The translations under genes were made by a program, and so were the position numbers. Positions 42,414 to 51,504 of a stretch of 64,000 nucleotides of DNA are shown here, in pieces (within the stretch, counting starts at the first letter, position 1; each line of letters begins with the position of its first letter). Source of the stretch: Candidatus Zhuqueibacterota bacterium (GTDB lineage: Bacteria; Zhuqueibacterota; Zhuqueibacteria; Residuimicrobiales; Krinioviventaceae); assembly GCA_034521575.1 (NCBI GenBank), contig JAXHMJ010000002.1, forward strand, positions 879,692 to 943,691. Reading direction: 5' to 3'. The notes under the pieces were generated by a model that searched no databases, was not told the DNA's origin, and worked only from the letters and a program-made list of their open reading frames with translations.

Positions 42414-42591
42414 TTAAACTCTATTTTTATGGTACAACGTGTGTAAATAGCAAGAACTTGAAACGGCTGTCCCTGCCCCGTGTAGTTGTCGCCCAGCAGT
42501 CAAGCTGTATGACAAAATGGGTAACTATTATTGACTCTTTACACTTTTATTTCGTATATTTTGATTGAAAAAATCAACAGGATTTGAAACC

Positions 42592-42912
42592 ATGAAACAT
42601 ATAGCGGTCATCGCGATAGTCACCACCCTCCTGCTCGCATGTGCAGAAAAAAAGACACCGCAAATTAAACCTGATGTGGATCAATTTTTTCAGGTCTATG
42701 AAACATATCTGCTCCTCGCCGAGAGCAAGGCCCTGACGGATTCGCAAAAGACCGCAATACTGGATTCCGCTCTGGCGGCTCACACTATGACAGCGGCGCA
42801 GTTTGATACCACGTTAAATTACTTGGCATCGCATCCCCGGGAGTTTTACGAACAGTTTAGAACATTTTCCAAAGCGCTTGAGGATACCTTGGAACAAAGT
42901 CCTGCGGACTGA
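42592..42912 (+). CDS. hypothetical lipoprotein
   Basis: MKHIAVIAIVTTLLLACAEKK lipobox. About 106 aa, helical. Confidence 0.4.
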   Translation: MKHIAVIAIVTTLLLACAEKKTPQIKPDVDQFFQVYETYLLLAESKALTDSQKTAILDSALAAHTMTAAQFDTTLNYLASHPREFYEQFRTFSKALEDTLEQSPAD

Positions 42913-44748
42913 TCATTCGCCTTCGCCGGAGTTGAGGTGATTATAGATGGTTTCAGCAATGGACTCTGAGATGCCATCCACATTTTTCAATTCTTTTAAA
43001 CCGGCGGCTTTGATATTGTCCACGCTTTTGAACTGCCTGAGCAGCAACTGCCGACGTGTCGGGCCTACGCCCGGAATGTCGTCCAGTTCCGACGACAGAG
43101 CGCGCTTGCTGCGCAACGAGCGGTGAAAGGTGACGGCAAACCGGTGCGATTCATCGCGAACCCGCTGTAAAAGCCGCAAGGCTGCAGAGTCTTTGGGGAT
43201 ATTCTGCGCATCCTGGGTGTTGGGCATAAACACCTCATCCAGCCGCTTGGCCAGGGCGATGATCGGCTGTTTACGTATCCCCAGTTCATTCAGAGCCTTG
43301 ACGGCAGCATTCAACTGTCCCTTGCCGCCGTCAATCAGAATCAAATCCGGCATATCCTTGTTTTCCCGCTGTATGCGCGAATAGCGGCGCTTGACCGCCT
43401 CGTGCATCATGGTAAAATCATCCGGGGTCTGTTTGCTGCGGATTTTAAACCTGCGGTAATCCGATTTGCTCGGTTTACCGTTGACAAAACACACCATGGA
43501 TGCCGTCGGATCGGTGCCCTGAATATTGGAAATATCAAAGCCTTCGATGCGTTTCGGCGGATCATCCAGAATCAGCGCCTTTTGCAGCGCCTTGACGGCA
43601 CCGGCCACATGGGTTTTTTTCTGCAGTTTCTGAATTTCGAGTTCATTGAGGTGATATTTGGCATTTCGCTCGCACAACCCCAGCAGGCGTTCGCGTGTAT
43701 CGTTCTTTTCCGGAACCTGTATGCGCACCGGCACAGGCACGCGATGGCTCAGCCACGTTTCCACCGCTTTATGGTCCTCTAATTTGGCGGGAATGATAAT
43801 CTCGCCGGGTATATCCGTGGTTTTCAGATAAAATTGTTTGATAAAGGCTTCAAAAATGGATTCCGGCGTCTCATCCCGGGTATTCTCGAGAAAATAATGG
43901 CTCTTTGAAAGTATTTTTCCCTGACGGATTCGAAAGATGACACAGCAGGTATCGTCATCATTTGAGGCCGCAGCAATCACATCGCGGTCCGGAAGTTCCG
44001 GATCAAACACTTTTTGTTTGCGCGTAAACATTTGAATATCCAATAGTTGATCGCGCATTCGCGCCGCCTGCTCAAAGCGGCGCTGTTCGGCCAGATGCTG
44101 CATATGCTCCGTGATATCCTGTTCAATGGCATGCGTATTGCCATTGATAAACTCGATTATATACTGGATGGTTTTGTTATACTCCGCCTGGGAAATAAAC
44201 CCTTCGCAGGGTCCGGAACATCGGTTGATGTGATAGTTGAGACATACGTTGTATCTGCCTTTTGCTATCGTTTGTCGAGTTAACGAAAGTTTGCAGGAAC
44301 GGATGGGAAACAGACGCTGAATGGTCTTGAGCAGATTGCGCATGCCCTGGACATCCGTATACGGTCCAAAATAGCGAGAACCGTCCTGCACCAGTTTACG
44401 CGTTGGGAAAATACGTGGAAACGCTTCATGGGTAATCCGTATATACGGATAACTCTTGTCATCCTTGAGATTAATGTTATAGCGCGGTTTATACTCTTTG
44501 ATCAGATTGGATTCCAGGATCAGAGCTTCCACTTCGGTATCCGTGATAATGGTCTCAAAATCCCGCACTCCCTGCATCATCCTGACGGTTTTCGGGTCAG
44601 GATTGCGGCTTTTCTGGAAATAACTGCGCACACGGTTGCGCAGCACTTTGGCCTTGCCGATGTAGATAATTTTGCCGCGACTGTTTTTAAACAGATAGAC
44701 ACCGGGCTGAGTGGAAACATGCGACAATTTTTCCCGGATATCAGGCAT
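42913..44748 (-). CDS. uvrC: excinuclease ABC subunit C
   Basis: GIY-YIG N-terminus (GVYLFKNSRGKIIYIGKAKVLRNR), a UvrBC-interaction region, an RNase-H-like endonuclease domain, and a C-terminal (HhH)2. Confidence 0.9.
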   Translation of the reverse strand: MPDIREKLSHVSTQPGVYLFKNSRGKIIYIGKAKVLRNRVRSYFQKSRNPDPKTVRMMQGVRDFETIITDTEVEALILESNLIKEYKPRYNINLKDDKSYPYIRITHEAFPRIFPTRKLVQDGSRYFGPYTDVQGMRNLLKTIQRLFPIRSCKLSLTRQTIAKGRYNVCLNYHINRCSGPCEGFISQAEYNKTIQYIIEFINGNTHAIEQDITEHMQHLAEQRRFEQAARMRDQLLDIQMFTRKQKVFDPELPDRDVIAAASNDDDTCCVIFRIRQGKILSKSHYFLENTRDETPESIFEAFIKQFYLKTTDIPGEIIIPAKLEDHKAVETWLSHRVPVPVRIQVPEKNDTRERLLGLCERNAKYHLNELEIQKLQKKTHVAGAVKALQKALILDDPPKRIEGFDISNIQGTDPTASMVCFVNGKPSKSDYRRFKIRSKQTPDDFTMMHEAVKRRYSRIQRENKDMPDLILIDGGKGQLNAAVKALNELGIRKQPIIALAKRLDEVFMPNTQDAQNIPKDSAALRLLQRVRDESHRFAVTFHRSLRSKRALSSELDDIPGVGPTRRQLLLRQFKSVDNIKAAGLKELKNVDGISESIAETIYNHLNSGEGE

Positions 44749-44751
44749 CAG

Positions 44752-45264
44752 CTAAAAGGTTTCCCAGTGGATGAGATCAGCCAAATCGCGTTTGCCTTTC
44801 ACGGAAGGTTCGCCTTCGATATATCCCACCGGCATCATGGCGATCAGTTTATAATCATCCGGTGCATCGAGCTGCTTACGGATATCCCCGGCATATTCTT
44901 TCTTGTCGCCGGCCACCCAGCAGGCGCCCAGTCCCAGCGCTGTCGCAGCCAGCAGCATATTCTGCATGGCGGCGCTGCCGTCTTCCAGATAATATTTGGT
45001 ATCCTGACAAAACACCACAATACAGGCAGGAGCTGACCCGATAAATCGGCCGTAATTGGCCTGCCGCCCCAGGGATGCCAGGGTTTCAGGATCGCGTACC
45101 ACGACAAACTCCCAGGGCTGAATATTCCGGGCGGTAGCCGCCAGTCTGCCCGCATTGATGATTTCCTTCAAAAGATCTTCCGATACCGGCTTTACTTGAA
45201 ACGCTCTCACACTGTGCCGCCGGCGGACGGTTTCCATAAAGTCCATAATTTCCTCTCCTTTCAC
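44752..45264 (-). CDS. nitroreductase-family protein
   Basis: …RRHSVRAF…PSVKGKR… fits the FMN nitroreductase fold. About 165 aa. The start is probably MDFMETV. Confidence 0.8.
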   Translation of the reverse strand: MKGEEIMDFMETVRRRHSVRAFQVKPVSEDLLKEIINAGRLAATARNIQPWEFVVVRDPETLASLGRQANYGRFIGSAPACIVVFCQDTKYYLEDGSAAMQNMLLAATALGLGACWVAGDKKEYAGDIRKQLDAPDDYKLIAMMPVGYIEGEPSVKGKRDLADLIHWETF

Positions 45265-45318
45265 GAAAAAAGGCCGTCCCGGTATCCCGAAACGGCCTTG
45301 GGTTGAGTCTCTCGGTGT

Positions 45319-46902
45319 TTATTTTTTCTCATAGGCCCTTTTGATCAACTCTTCCAGCCGGCTTTTGGGATCATCGATAATCGATTCATCCACGGAAAAT
45401 TCTTCCCAACCCAGCAGTTTGAGACCGTAATCGTAATCTTCCAGCAGTTCACTGCAGATTTTATCAAGCGGCTGCTTGTCATTTGCAGCCTTTTCTTTTA
45501 ATTTTTCCACAGCTTGCTCTGTAAACGTAATGACGACATTATTCTTGGTTAAAAACTGCCGCTGAAATTTTTTGATATAATACTCGGTCAGCAGATTTTC
45601 AAGCTCTGTATCCGGATCCTCGACCATTGACGCTGTAAATTTCAGACTGTCGATTTGTGTATCCGGCAGCAGTTTCTCGAACTTTAGCAACAGATTGTCA
45701 ATCACGCTGAGCAGTCCGCGCGCTCCGGTTTGTTCTTCATAGGCCATCTCGGCAATCCGATGAAGAGCATCATCATCAAATTCCAGATTAATGCCGTAGG
45801 CTTTGAAATCACGTTTTTTACCCTGAATGACACTATTTTTCGGATTTTTCAGAATATTATACAACCCTGCAACATCAAGATGATTCAGCGAAAGAACGAT
45901 GGGCAGACGGCCGATAAACTCGTTTTCAAATCCATATTGGATCAAATCTGCTGTCTTGACCTGTTTTAAAAGCTCTTCTTTGCCCACCTGCTGGACGTCA
46001 TAATCCTGCCGGGTGAAACCTATGGGTTGCTGATTCATTCGGCGTCTTATCAGATCATCCAGATTGTTGAACGCGCCGCTCATGACAAACAAGATATTGC
46101 GTGTATTTACTTTTTTACGATTGACTTTGCCGGTGCGCTGCGCTTCCATGGCGGCTTCCATCTGCGAAGCCAGATCATGCGGTACTTTGAGATCCACTTC
46201 TGCTTCTTCCATGAGCTTTAACAGGGTGCGCTGTACCCCGCTTCGGGACACATCCGGCCCCACTCCGTTGCCGGTGGATGCGATCTTGTCAATCTCGTCC
46301 AGGTAGACAATACCGTATTCCGCAAGTTTCATATCGCCATTGGCATCGTGTACCAGATTTCGGATCAGATCGTCCACATCTCCACCCACGTATCCGGTTT
46401 CACTGAATTTGGTGGCGTCGCCTTTGACAAACGGCACACCCAGTTTCTGAGCAATCAGCTTGATAATATATGTTTTACCGACACCGGTCGGACCAATCAT
46501 CAGCACATTGCTCTTGATATTGCCGAGCAGTTCGGCCGAGTCCGGGTTTGACATTTCATAGTTCATGCGGTTAAAATGCGTACAAATTTTGGTTGCCAGA
46601 ATTTCAACCGCTGTATCCTGTCCCACCACATAATTTTTTAAATAAGCTTCCAGCTGTGTGGGTTTTAAATCAAAATTAATCTGGCGCGGCGGATTATCAT
46701 TATCATCTTTTTCCTCCGTTCCGCTGCCCATATGGTCGGCATCCTGGGGCACCACCACATTGTTTCCATATTTTTCACGCAGAAATTCCGATACATCCTT
46801 GCGCAATTCTTCCGGAGTCGGTGTTTTTCCACTGTCAGTCAACAGATTCATCCGTTTTGCCTTTTGTTGCATATATCTCATCCTTTTGTATATTAGATGC
46901 AA
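45319..46902 (-). CDS. ClpX/HslU-like AAA+ ATPase without a zinc-finger N-domain
   Basis: Walker A GPTGVGKT, Walker B VYLDEIDK, and sensor regions. 527 aa with long N- and C-terminal extensions. Confidence 0.6.
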   Translation of the reverse strand: MHLIYKRMRYMQQKAKRMNLLTDSGKTPTPEELRKDVSEFLREKYGNNVVVPQDADHMGSGTEEKDDNDNPPRQINFDLKPTQLEAYLKNYVVGQDTAVEILATKICTHFNRMNYEMSNPDSAELLGNIKSNVLMIGPTGVGKTYIIKLIAQKLGVPFVKGDATKFSETGYVGGDVDDLIRNLVHDANGDMKLAEYGIVYLDEIDKIASTGNGVGPDVSRSGVQRTLLKLMEEAEVDLKVPHDLASQMEAAMEAQRTGKVNRKKVNTRNILFVMSGAFNNLDDLIRRRMNQQPIGFTRQDYDVQQVGKEELLKQVKTADLIQYGFENEFIGRLPIVLSLNHLDVAGLYNILKNPKNSVIQGKKRDFKAYGINLEFDDDALHRIAEMAYEEQTGARGLLSVIDNLLLKFEKLLPDTQIDSLKFTASMVEDPDTELENLLTEYYIKKFQRQFLTKNNVVITFTEQAVEKLKEKAANDKQPLDKICSELLEDYDYGLKLLGWEEFSVDESIIDDPKSRLEELIKRAYEKK

Positions 46903-46995
46903 ATTCTATACCATCTTATAAAAACAACACAAGTGCAATAAAATCAACTAATCCTTTTGGAGTATTGAACACATGCACATTATTGTGTCAAAATT

Positions 46996-47853
46996 CTATA
47001 CACTATCCAACAACAAACTGGCATCAAATGTTCCAGCGGAATGGGTCAGAGCGCCCACCGAAATAAAGTCCACGCCGGTTTCCGCGATGGCTGCCACGCT
47101 CTTGATTGACACATTACCCGAGGCTTCCAGTTCGACACGGCCATTCACCCATTCAACGCATTCCCGCATCAACTCCGGACTCATATTGTCCAGCATAATT
47201 CGATCTGCCTCGAGTTCACAGGCCTGCCTGACCTGATCCAGTGTTGTTGTTTCAACTTCAATTTCTGCCAAGAATGAGCGCTGACGCATCGCCCTGCGGC
47301 ATTGTTCAACAGCCGCTTTAATTCCGCCGGCGGCCGCAATATGATTTTCCTTGATCAGAAACATATCATACAGGCCCATTCTGTGGTTCACACCGCCGCC
47401 GCAGTCGACCGCGTATTTTTCCAGGCGCCGCCAGCCGGGTGTGGTTTTACGAGTGTCCAGGCATTTCGCGTTGGTATGCGACACGGCTTTGACAAATTGA
47501 TGCGTCAGAGTCGAGATACCGGAGAGATGTCCGAGAAAATTCAAGGCTGTTCTTTCGGCCTGTAGTATGGAAGCGGTGCGTCCGTAGACGCTCATCATCA
47601 GATCGCGATTGTTAACCAGATCCCCGTCACGAACGCAGATCTGCACTTCCAGTCCGGCGTCAACGGTCTTGAACACCATCTCGCTGAATTCGGTTCCGCA
47701 TGCAACACCGTCCTGCTTGGCAACAATACGGGCGAACCTCTGAGCCTCGGGATTCAGAATGGCCTTGACGGTAATATCGCCGCGCTCGTTCAGGTCTTCA
47801 CGCAGAGCCATGTTGATCAGTGCAGCTGCATCTGCCTGCAGAATTTTATTCAT
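46996..47853 (-). CDS. nadC: nicotinate-nucleotide pyrophosphorylase (quinolinate phosphoribosyltransferase)
   Basis: 285 aa. …LDTRKTTPGWRRLEKYAVDCGGGVNHRMGLYDMFLIKENH… matches the QAPRTase core. Confidence 0.85.
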   Translation of the reverse strand: MNKILQADAAALINMALREDLNERGDITVKAILNPEAQRFARIVAKQDGVACGTEFSEMVFKTVDAGLEVQICVRDGDLVNNRDLMMSVYGRTASILQAERTALNFLGHLSGISTLTHQFVKAVSHTNAKCLDTRKTTPGWRRLEKYAVDCGGGVNHRMGLYDMFLIKENHIAAAGGIKAAVEQCRRAMRQRSFLAEIEVETTTLDQVRQACELEADRIMLDNMSPELMRECVEWVNGRVELEASGNVSIKSVAAIAETGVDFISVGALTHSAGTFDASLLLDSV

Positions 47854-50800
47854 AAGGTCTCTGCCATCTCGCTTTGAATTTCTTTAATTTTATCGCTTGC
47901 AGCCCGGCCAATATTATCGGCAGCCCCGCGTTCCCTGACCACCAGTTCAAACATGCGAATGGCTTTTTCAGGTTTGCCGAGTTTTCGATATCCGCGTCCG
48001 GCCTCGTACAGCGCGGTAGCTCCCCAGGGCAGTTTGGTTTGTTTGCACATATAACGCACTTTGAGAAACTCGATCACGGATTTTTCCGTCAAACCGGCGT
48101 CGGCATAGCTTTTGGCAATCCAATACTGTACTTCGGTATAATCGTCCGCGCTTAGCAGCGGTTTGATCTCGTTGAAATGATGAATCGCGCGGTCATATTC
48201 TTTCATATAATAGAGAAACACACCGATCCGCATTCGGCGTCGTAACACAGACGGATTATCCGGAAACTCGCGAATATATTGTTTCTGCATGGCAATCGCC
48301 TTGTCGCGCAGATTCAGATCATCATAGGCATTCACCAGCAGATCCAGAGCCTGGGCGCGTTGTCGTCCGCTGTCTATCGTTTCCAGCGCTTTCTTACAGG
48401 CCGCAATACAATTCTGCAGCTGACGGTTTTCATAATAGAAATCACCCAGATTCACATAAGCCGTGGCAACAATATCGGGATCATCATATCTGCCCGGAAT
48501 GCGGGTCAGGCGTTTCAGAGCTTCTTCGGTTTTGTTGAGCACCACATACAGCCGCGCCAGGCCCAGTTCGCCGCGCGCCCCCTGGGGCACATCATCATAT
48601 TTGCGGCATTGTTTAAAGGCTCTTTCAGCATCGTCAAAATTTTTGGTGCGGATATGGTACAATCCCTCCTGGTACAAAAACCGCGCTTCTGCATTGCGGT
48701 CATCCCAGGTTTCTGTAAAGGCTTGCACTTTACGCTGGGCGCGGCGCAGATGGTCAAGCTGATATTCGCAAATGATCGCATTCTGCTCCGCCTGCCGACG
48801 CAGGTCTCCGGTAAACTGTTGATTCAGCAATTCATACTGTTCCAGCGCCTGTTCATAGCGGCCGCGCTGAAAATAAATATCCGCGGTTTTATAACGCGCC
48901 AGCCTGCCCAGACTGTCCTGCGGCGCAAAATCCGCACATTCCCGGTAATGCCCGATAGCCATATCCAGCTGATTGGAGGCATTGGCCAGTTCGCCCACCC
49001 GGAACAGGGCTTCGGCGCGGTGAGCGGCGTCATTGCGCTCCAGGTACATTTTATAAGCGCGAACGGCCTCGGGAATGGATTTCATACGCTCCACGGATCG
49101 CGCCCACAGCCACAGGGTTTCATCATCACTCACCTGATCATAATACAATTTCAACCGTGCGGGGAGCGCCTGATTGCGCAAATCTTCCAGCCGCTGGTTG
49201 GCCTGCCGGTGTTCGCCCAGCTGCATCAGCAAATCAATGGCTTTAACGCGGGCGCGCGACGCCCAGCGCGAATAAAAATAATATTGAGCGACCTTGTCGT
49301 ACAAGGCCAGCGCCTGTTTATGGGCCCCGGCTTGCTGATGGTAGCCGGCCAAAAGGAATGTGGCCTCGGCTTTGCGTTCCGGTTCAGGCCGGGTCACAAT
49401 CTCCATGAGCAGGGAGCGCGCCGAATCAAGTTGACCGCGCTCATGCTGCAGCACAGCAGCGCCGAACAGCGCATTGTTGCGCAGAGACCCGTCTCGTGTA
49501 TGCTCGGCGACCCGCAGCAGCAGACTATCTGCAGAGGTATCACTGCTGTCAAGCGGTCCCGAGCTTATTTTTTCACGCGCCCATTCGTACTGAATGCGCA
49601 GGGCAAGGCTGTCATCGGGATGGATAAACTGATCAATTCGGTCTGCCAGAAAAGCAGCTCGAGTCGCAGCCGAATCGATCTGTGACAGCTGAGCCTGCGT
49701 GTGCATATAAAGCACATGATTGTAATGCGGACTGTCCCGATAAACAGCCATAAACCGGTCAGCGGCCTGGATCAGTGAATCACTGTATTGTGCAGCGCTC
49801 ACCGCGTTTTGATCCAGTGACATCCGCATCATCAGACGATCATAGCACAGTGCCTGATAATAGAAGAGTTTGTCCTGCGGCAGCGTCTCGTCGGCTGAAT
49901 TTACAACTTGATTCAGCGCTGTGAGGGCGCGCTGATAATCATGGAATGTATGAATCCGGGTTTCGACACGATCGAGGAGCAATTGAGATGATGCGGAATT
50001 TGCAGACAAAAGCCGGCTAAACGCTTCAGCGGCCTGTTCGGATGAAGGCGGCGCGTAAAACGTCAGATAACTGAGACGCTGCTGCGCTTCGTTTTGAAAA
50101 TCACCGCCGGGATAGATGTTCAGGTAACGGCGGTACTCGTCCATGCCATACTGATAACGGTTCTGTTGTTCGTAGGTTTGTGCGACGCGAAACTGTGCGT
50201 CATCGATCAGATGACTGTTGGGGAATGAAGAGATGATCGAGGAATAGCTGGCGCGAGCGCCGGAAAAATCTTTAAGAAACAGCCTCTGAATCTGCCCTTT
50301 TTCAAACAAAAGTTCGGCTTTGGCTGCGGGAATCCGCACTTTGTCCTGGGCCTGCTGCAGCGTGCGCACGCCATTGCGGGCGTCTGTGTTCGTTTGAAGT
50401 TTGGCGAATTCCAGTGCAGTTTTGGTGTATAACCAGGGCTCCATATCCTGCTCCCACTGCAGCACGCGGGTGAAAAACAGTTCCGCGGAATCGGGGTCAG
50501 TGGGCACAGCGGCCATGGCTTGCTTGAACCAGAGCCAGGGACGTTCCGGATTATTTTCATTCAATTGTACGCGCGCATAATGAGACCCGGCTGTTTGATA
50601 GTGTCCCCGGGCCCAGGCATTATCGCCGTACAGAAACAGCAGAGCATTGCGCAGACTGTCCTGTTTCACCTTGTCCAGGGACAACTGGATCACGGCATCG
50701 GACTCGGCATAACGTTTCTGATGATGCAGAGAAGAGGCGAGATCAACCGCCATTTTTCCCAATTCAGGATTGGCGACCGGCTGTCTGAGCACAAAATGGA

Positions 50801-51503
50801 CAATGCTGTCCGCTTTGCTGTAGCGTCCCAGTTTTTCATAGACATCGGATTTGAGGGCCAGGATTTTTATTTCCAGGTCATTTTTCAGGGTAGCTGAAGA
50901 AAAATCGTCAAGAACCTGCAACGCATCTTTATAGTTTCCGAGACCGTAATGCGATTTTGCGACAAGATAACGGGCGTTCAGACGTTTCAGGTGGTTTTCT
51001 TCCTGTTCCAGTACATAAAATGCAGCATCCATCGCTTTCTGATGCAATCCCGTTGCAAGATACTGTTCTGCCGCGCGCAACTGGGCGTCGGTGATCAGTG
51101 GACTGTCCTCATTTAGCACACGCAGCCGTTCGTAGGCCAGCGCCGCATTGCGGTTTTGGCCGGTTTTCGCAAGCAGACCGGCGCGGCTGAATTGTGCCTG
51201 GTCGATTTCATTGGATTCGGGATATTTGAGCAGCAGGGACAAATAGACATTTGAGGCTTTGAGCAGGCTGTCCGCATTTTCATAGTTTTGTCCGGCGCGC
51301 AGCAGCGCGACCGGGGCCCGGAAACTGGTCGGATAGGTATCCGCATACTCTTGAAACTGCGCTGCAGCCAGATCATAGAGCTCCTTTTGCTGCAGCTCTG
51401 CAGCGAATCGAAACGCCTGTTCATCCTCCAGAGCCGGAGCGGCATCCTGTGCAGCGGATAAAAATGCAGTCAGCAGGATCAAGATGATTAAAAAATATTT
51501 CAT
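47850..51503 (-). CDS. large secreted TPR-repeat protein (~1,217 aa)
   Basis: Signal peptide MKYFLIILILLTAFLSAAQ. TPR-like helical repeats fill the whole length. A 4-nt overlap with nadC places it in the same operon. Confidence 0.8.
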   Translation of the reverse strand: MKYFLIILILLTAFLSAAQDAAPALEDEQAFRFAAELQQKELYDLAAAQFQEYADTYPTSFRAPVALLRAGQNYENADSLLKASNVYLSLLLKYPESNEIDQAQFSRAGLLAKTGQNRNAALAYERLRVLNEDSPLITDAQLRAAEQYLATGLHQKAMDAAFYVLEQEENHLKRLNARYLVAKSHYGLGNYKDALQVLDDFSSATLKNDLEIKILALKSDVYEKLGRYSKADSIVHFVLRQPVANPELGKMAVDLASSLHHQKRYAESDAVIQLSLDKVKQDSLRNALLFLYGDNAWARGHYQTAGSHYARVQLNENNPERPWLWFKQAMAAVPTDPDSAELFFTRVLQWEQDMEPWLYTKTALEFAKLQTNTDARNGVRTLQQAQDKVRIPAAKAELLFEKGQIQRLFLKDFSGARASYSSIISSFPNSHLIDDAQFRVAQTYEQQNRYQYGMDEYRRYLNIYPGGDFQNEAQQRLSYLTFYAPPSSEQAAEAFSRLLSANSASSQLLLDRVETRIHTFHDYQRALTALNQVVNSADETLPQDKLFYYQALCYDRLMMRMSLDQNAVSAAQYSDSLIQAADRFMAVYRDSPHYNHVLYMHTQAQLSQIDSAATRAAFLADRIDQFIHPDDSLALRIQYEWAREKISSGPLDSSDTSADSLLLRVAEHTRDGSLRNNALFGAAVLQHERGQLDSARSLLMEIVTRPEPERKAEATFLLAGYHQQAGAHKQALALYDKVAQYYFYSRWASRARVKAIDLLMQLGEHRQANQRLEDLRNQALPARLKLYYDQVSDDETLWLWARSVERMKSIPEAVRAYKMYLERNDAAHRAEALFRVGELANASNQLDMAIGHYRECADFAPQDSLGRLARYKTADIYFQRGRYEQALEQYELLNQQFTGDLRRQAEQNAIICEYQLDHLRRAQRKVQAFTETWDDRNAEARFLYQEGLYHIRTKNFDDAERAFKQCRKYDDVPQGARGELGLARLYVVLNKTEEALKRLTRIPGRYDDPDIVATAYVNLGDFYYENRQLQNCIAACKKALETIDSGRQRAQALDLLVNAYDDLNLRDKAIAMQKQYIREFPDNPSVLRRRMRIGVFLYYMKEYDRAIHHFNEIKPLLSADDYTEVQYWIAKSYADAGLTEKSVIEFLKVRYMCKQTKLPWGATALYEAGRGYRKLGKPEKAIRMFELVVRERGAADNIGRAASDKIKEIQSEMAETL

Positions 51504-51504
51504 A

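Noticed and set aside
47874-49685. 468-aa plus-strand ORF antisense to the TPR gene
   Set aside because: It lies entirely within the 1,217-aa TPR coding sequence on the other strand, has no domain signal, and is Q/R/L-rich. It is a typical antisense artefact.
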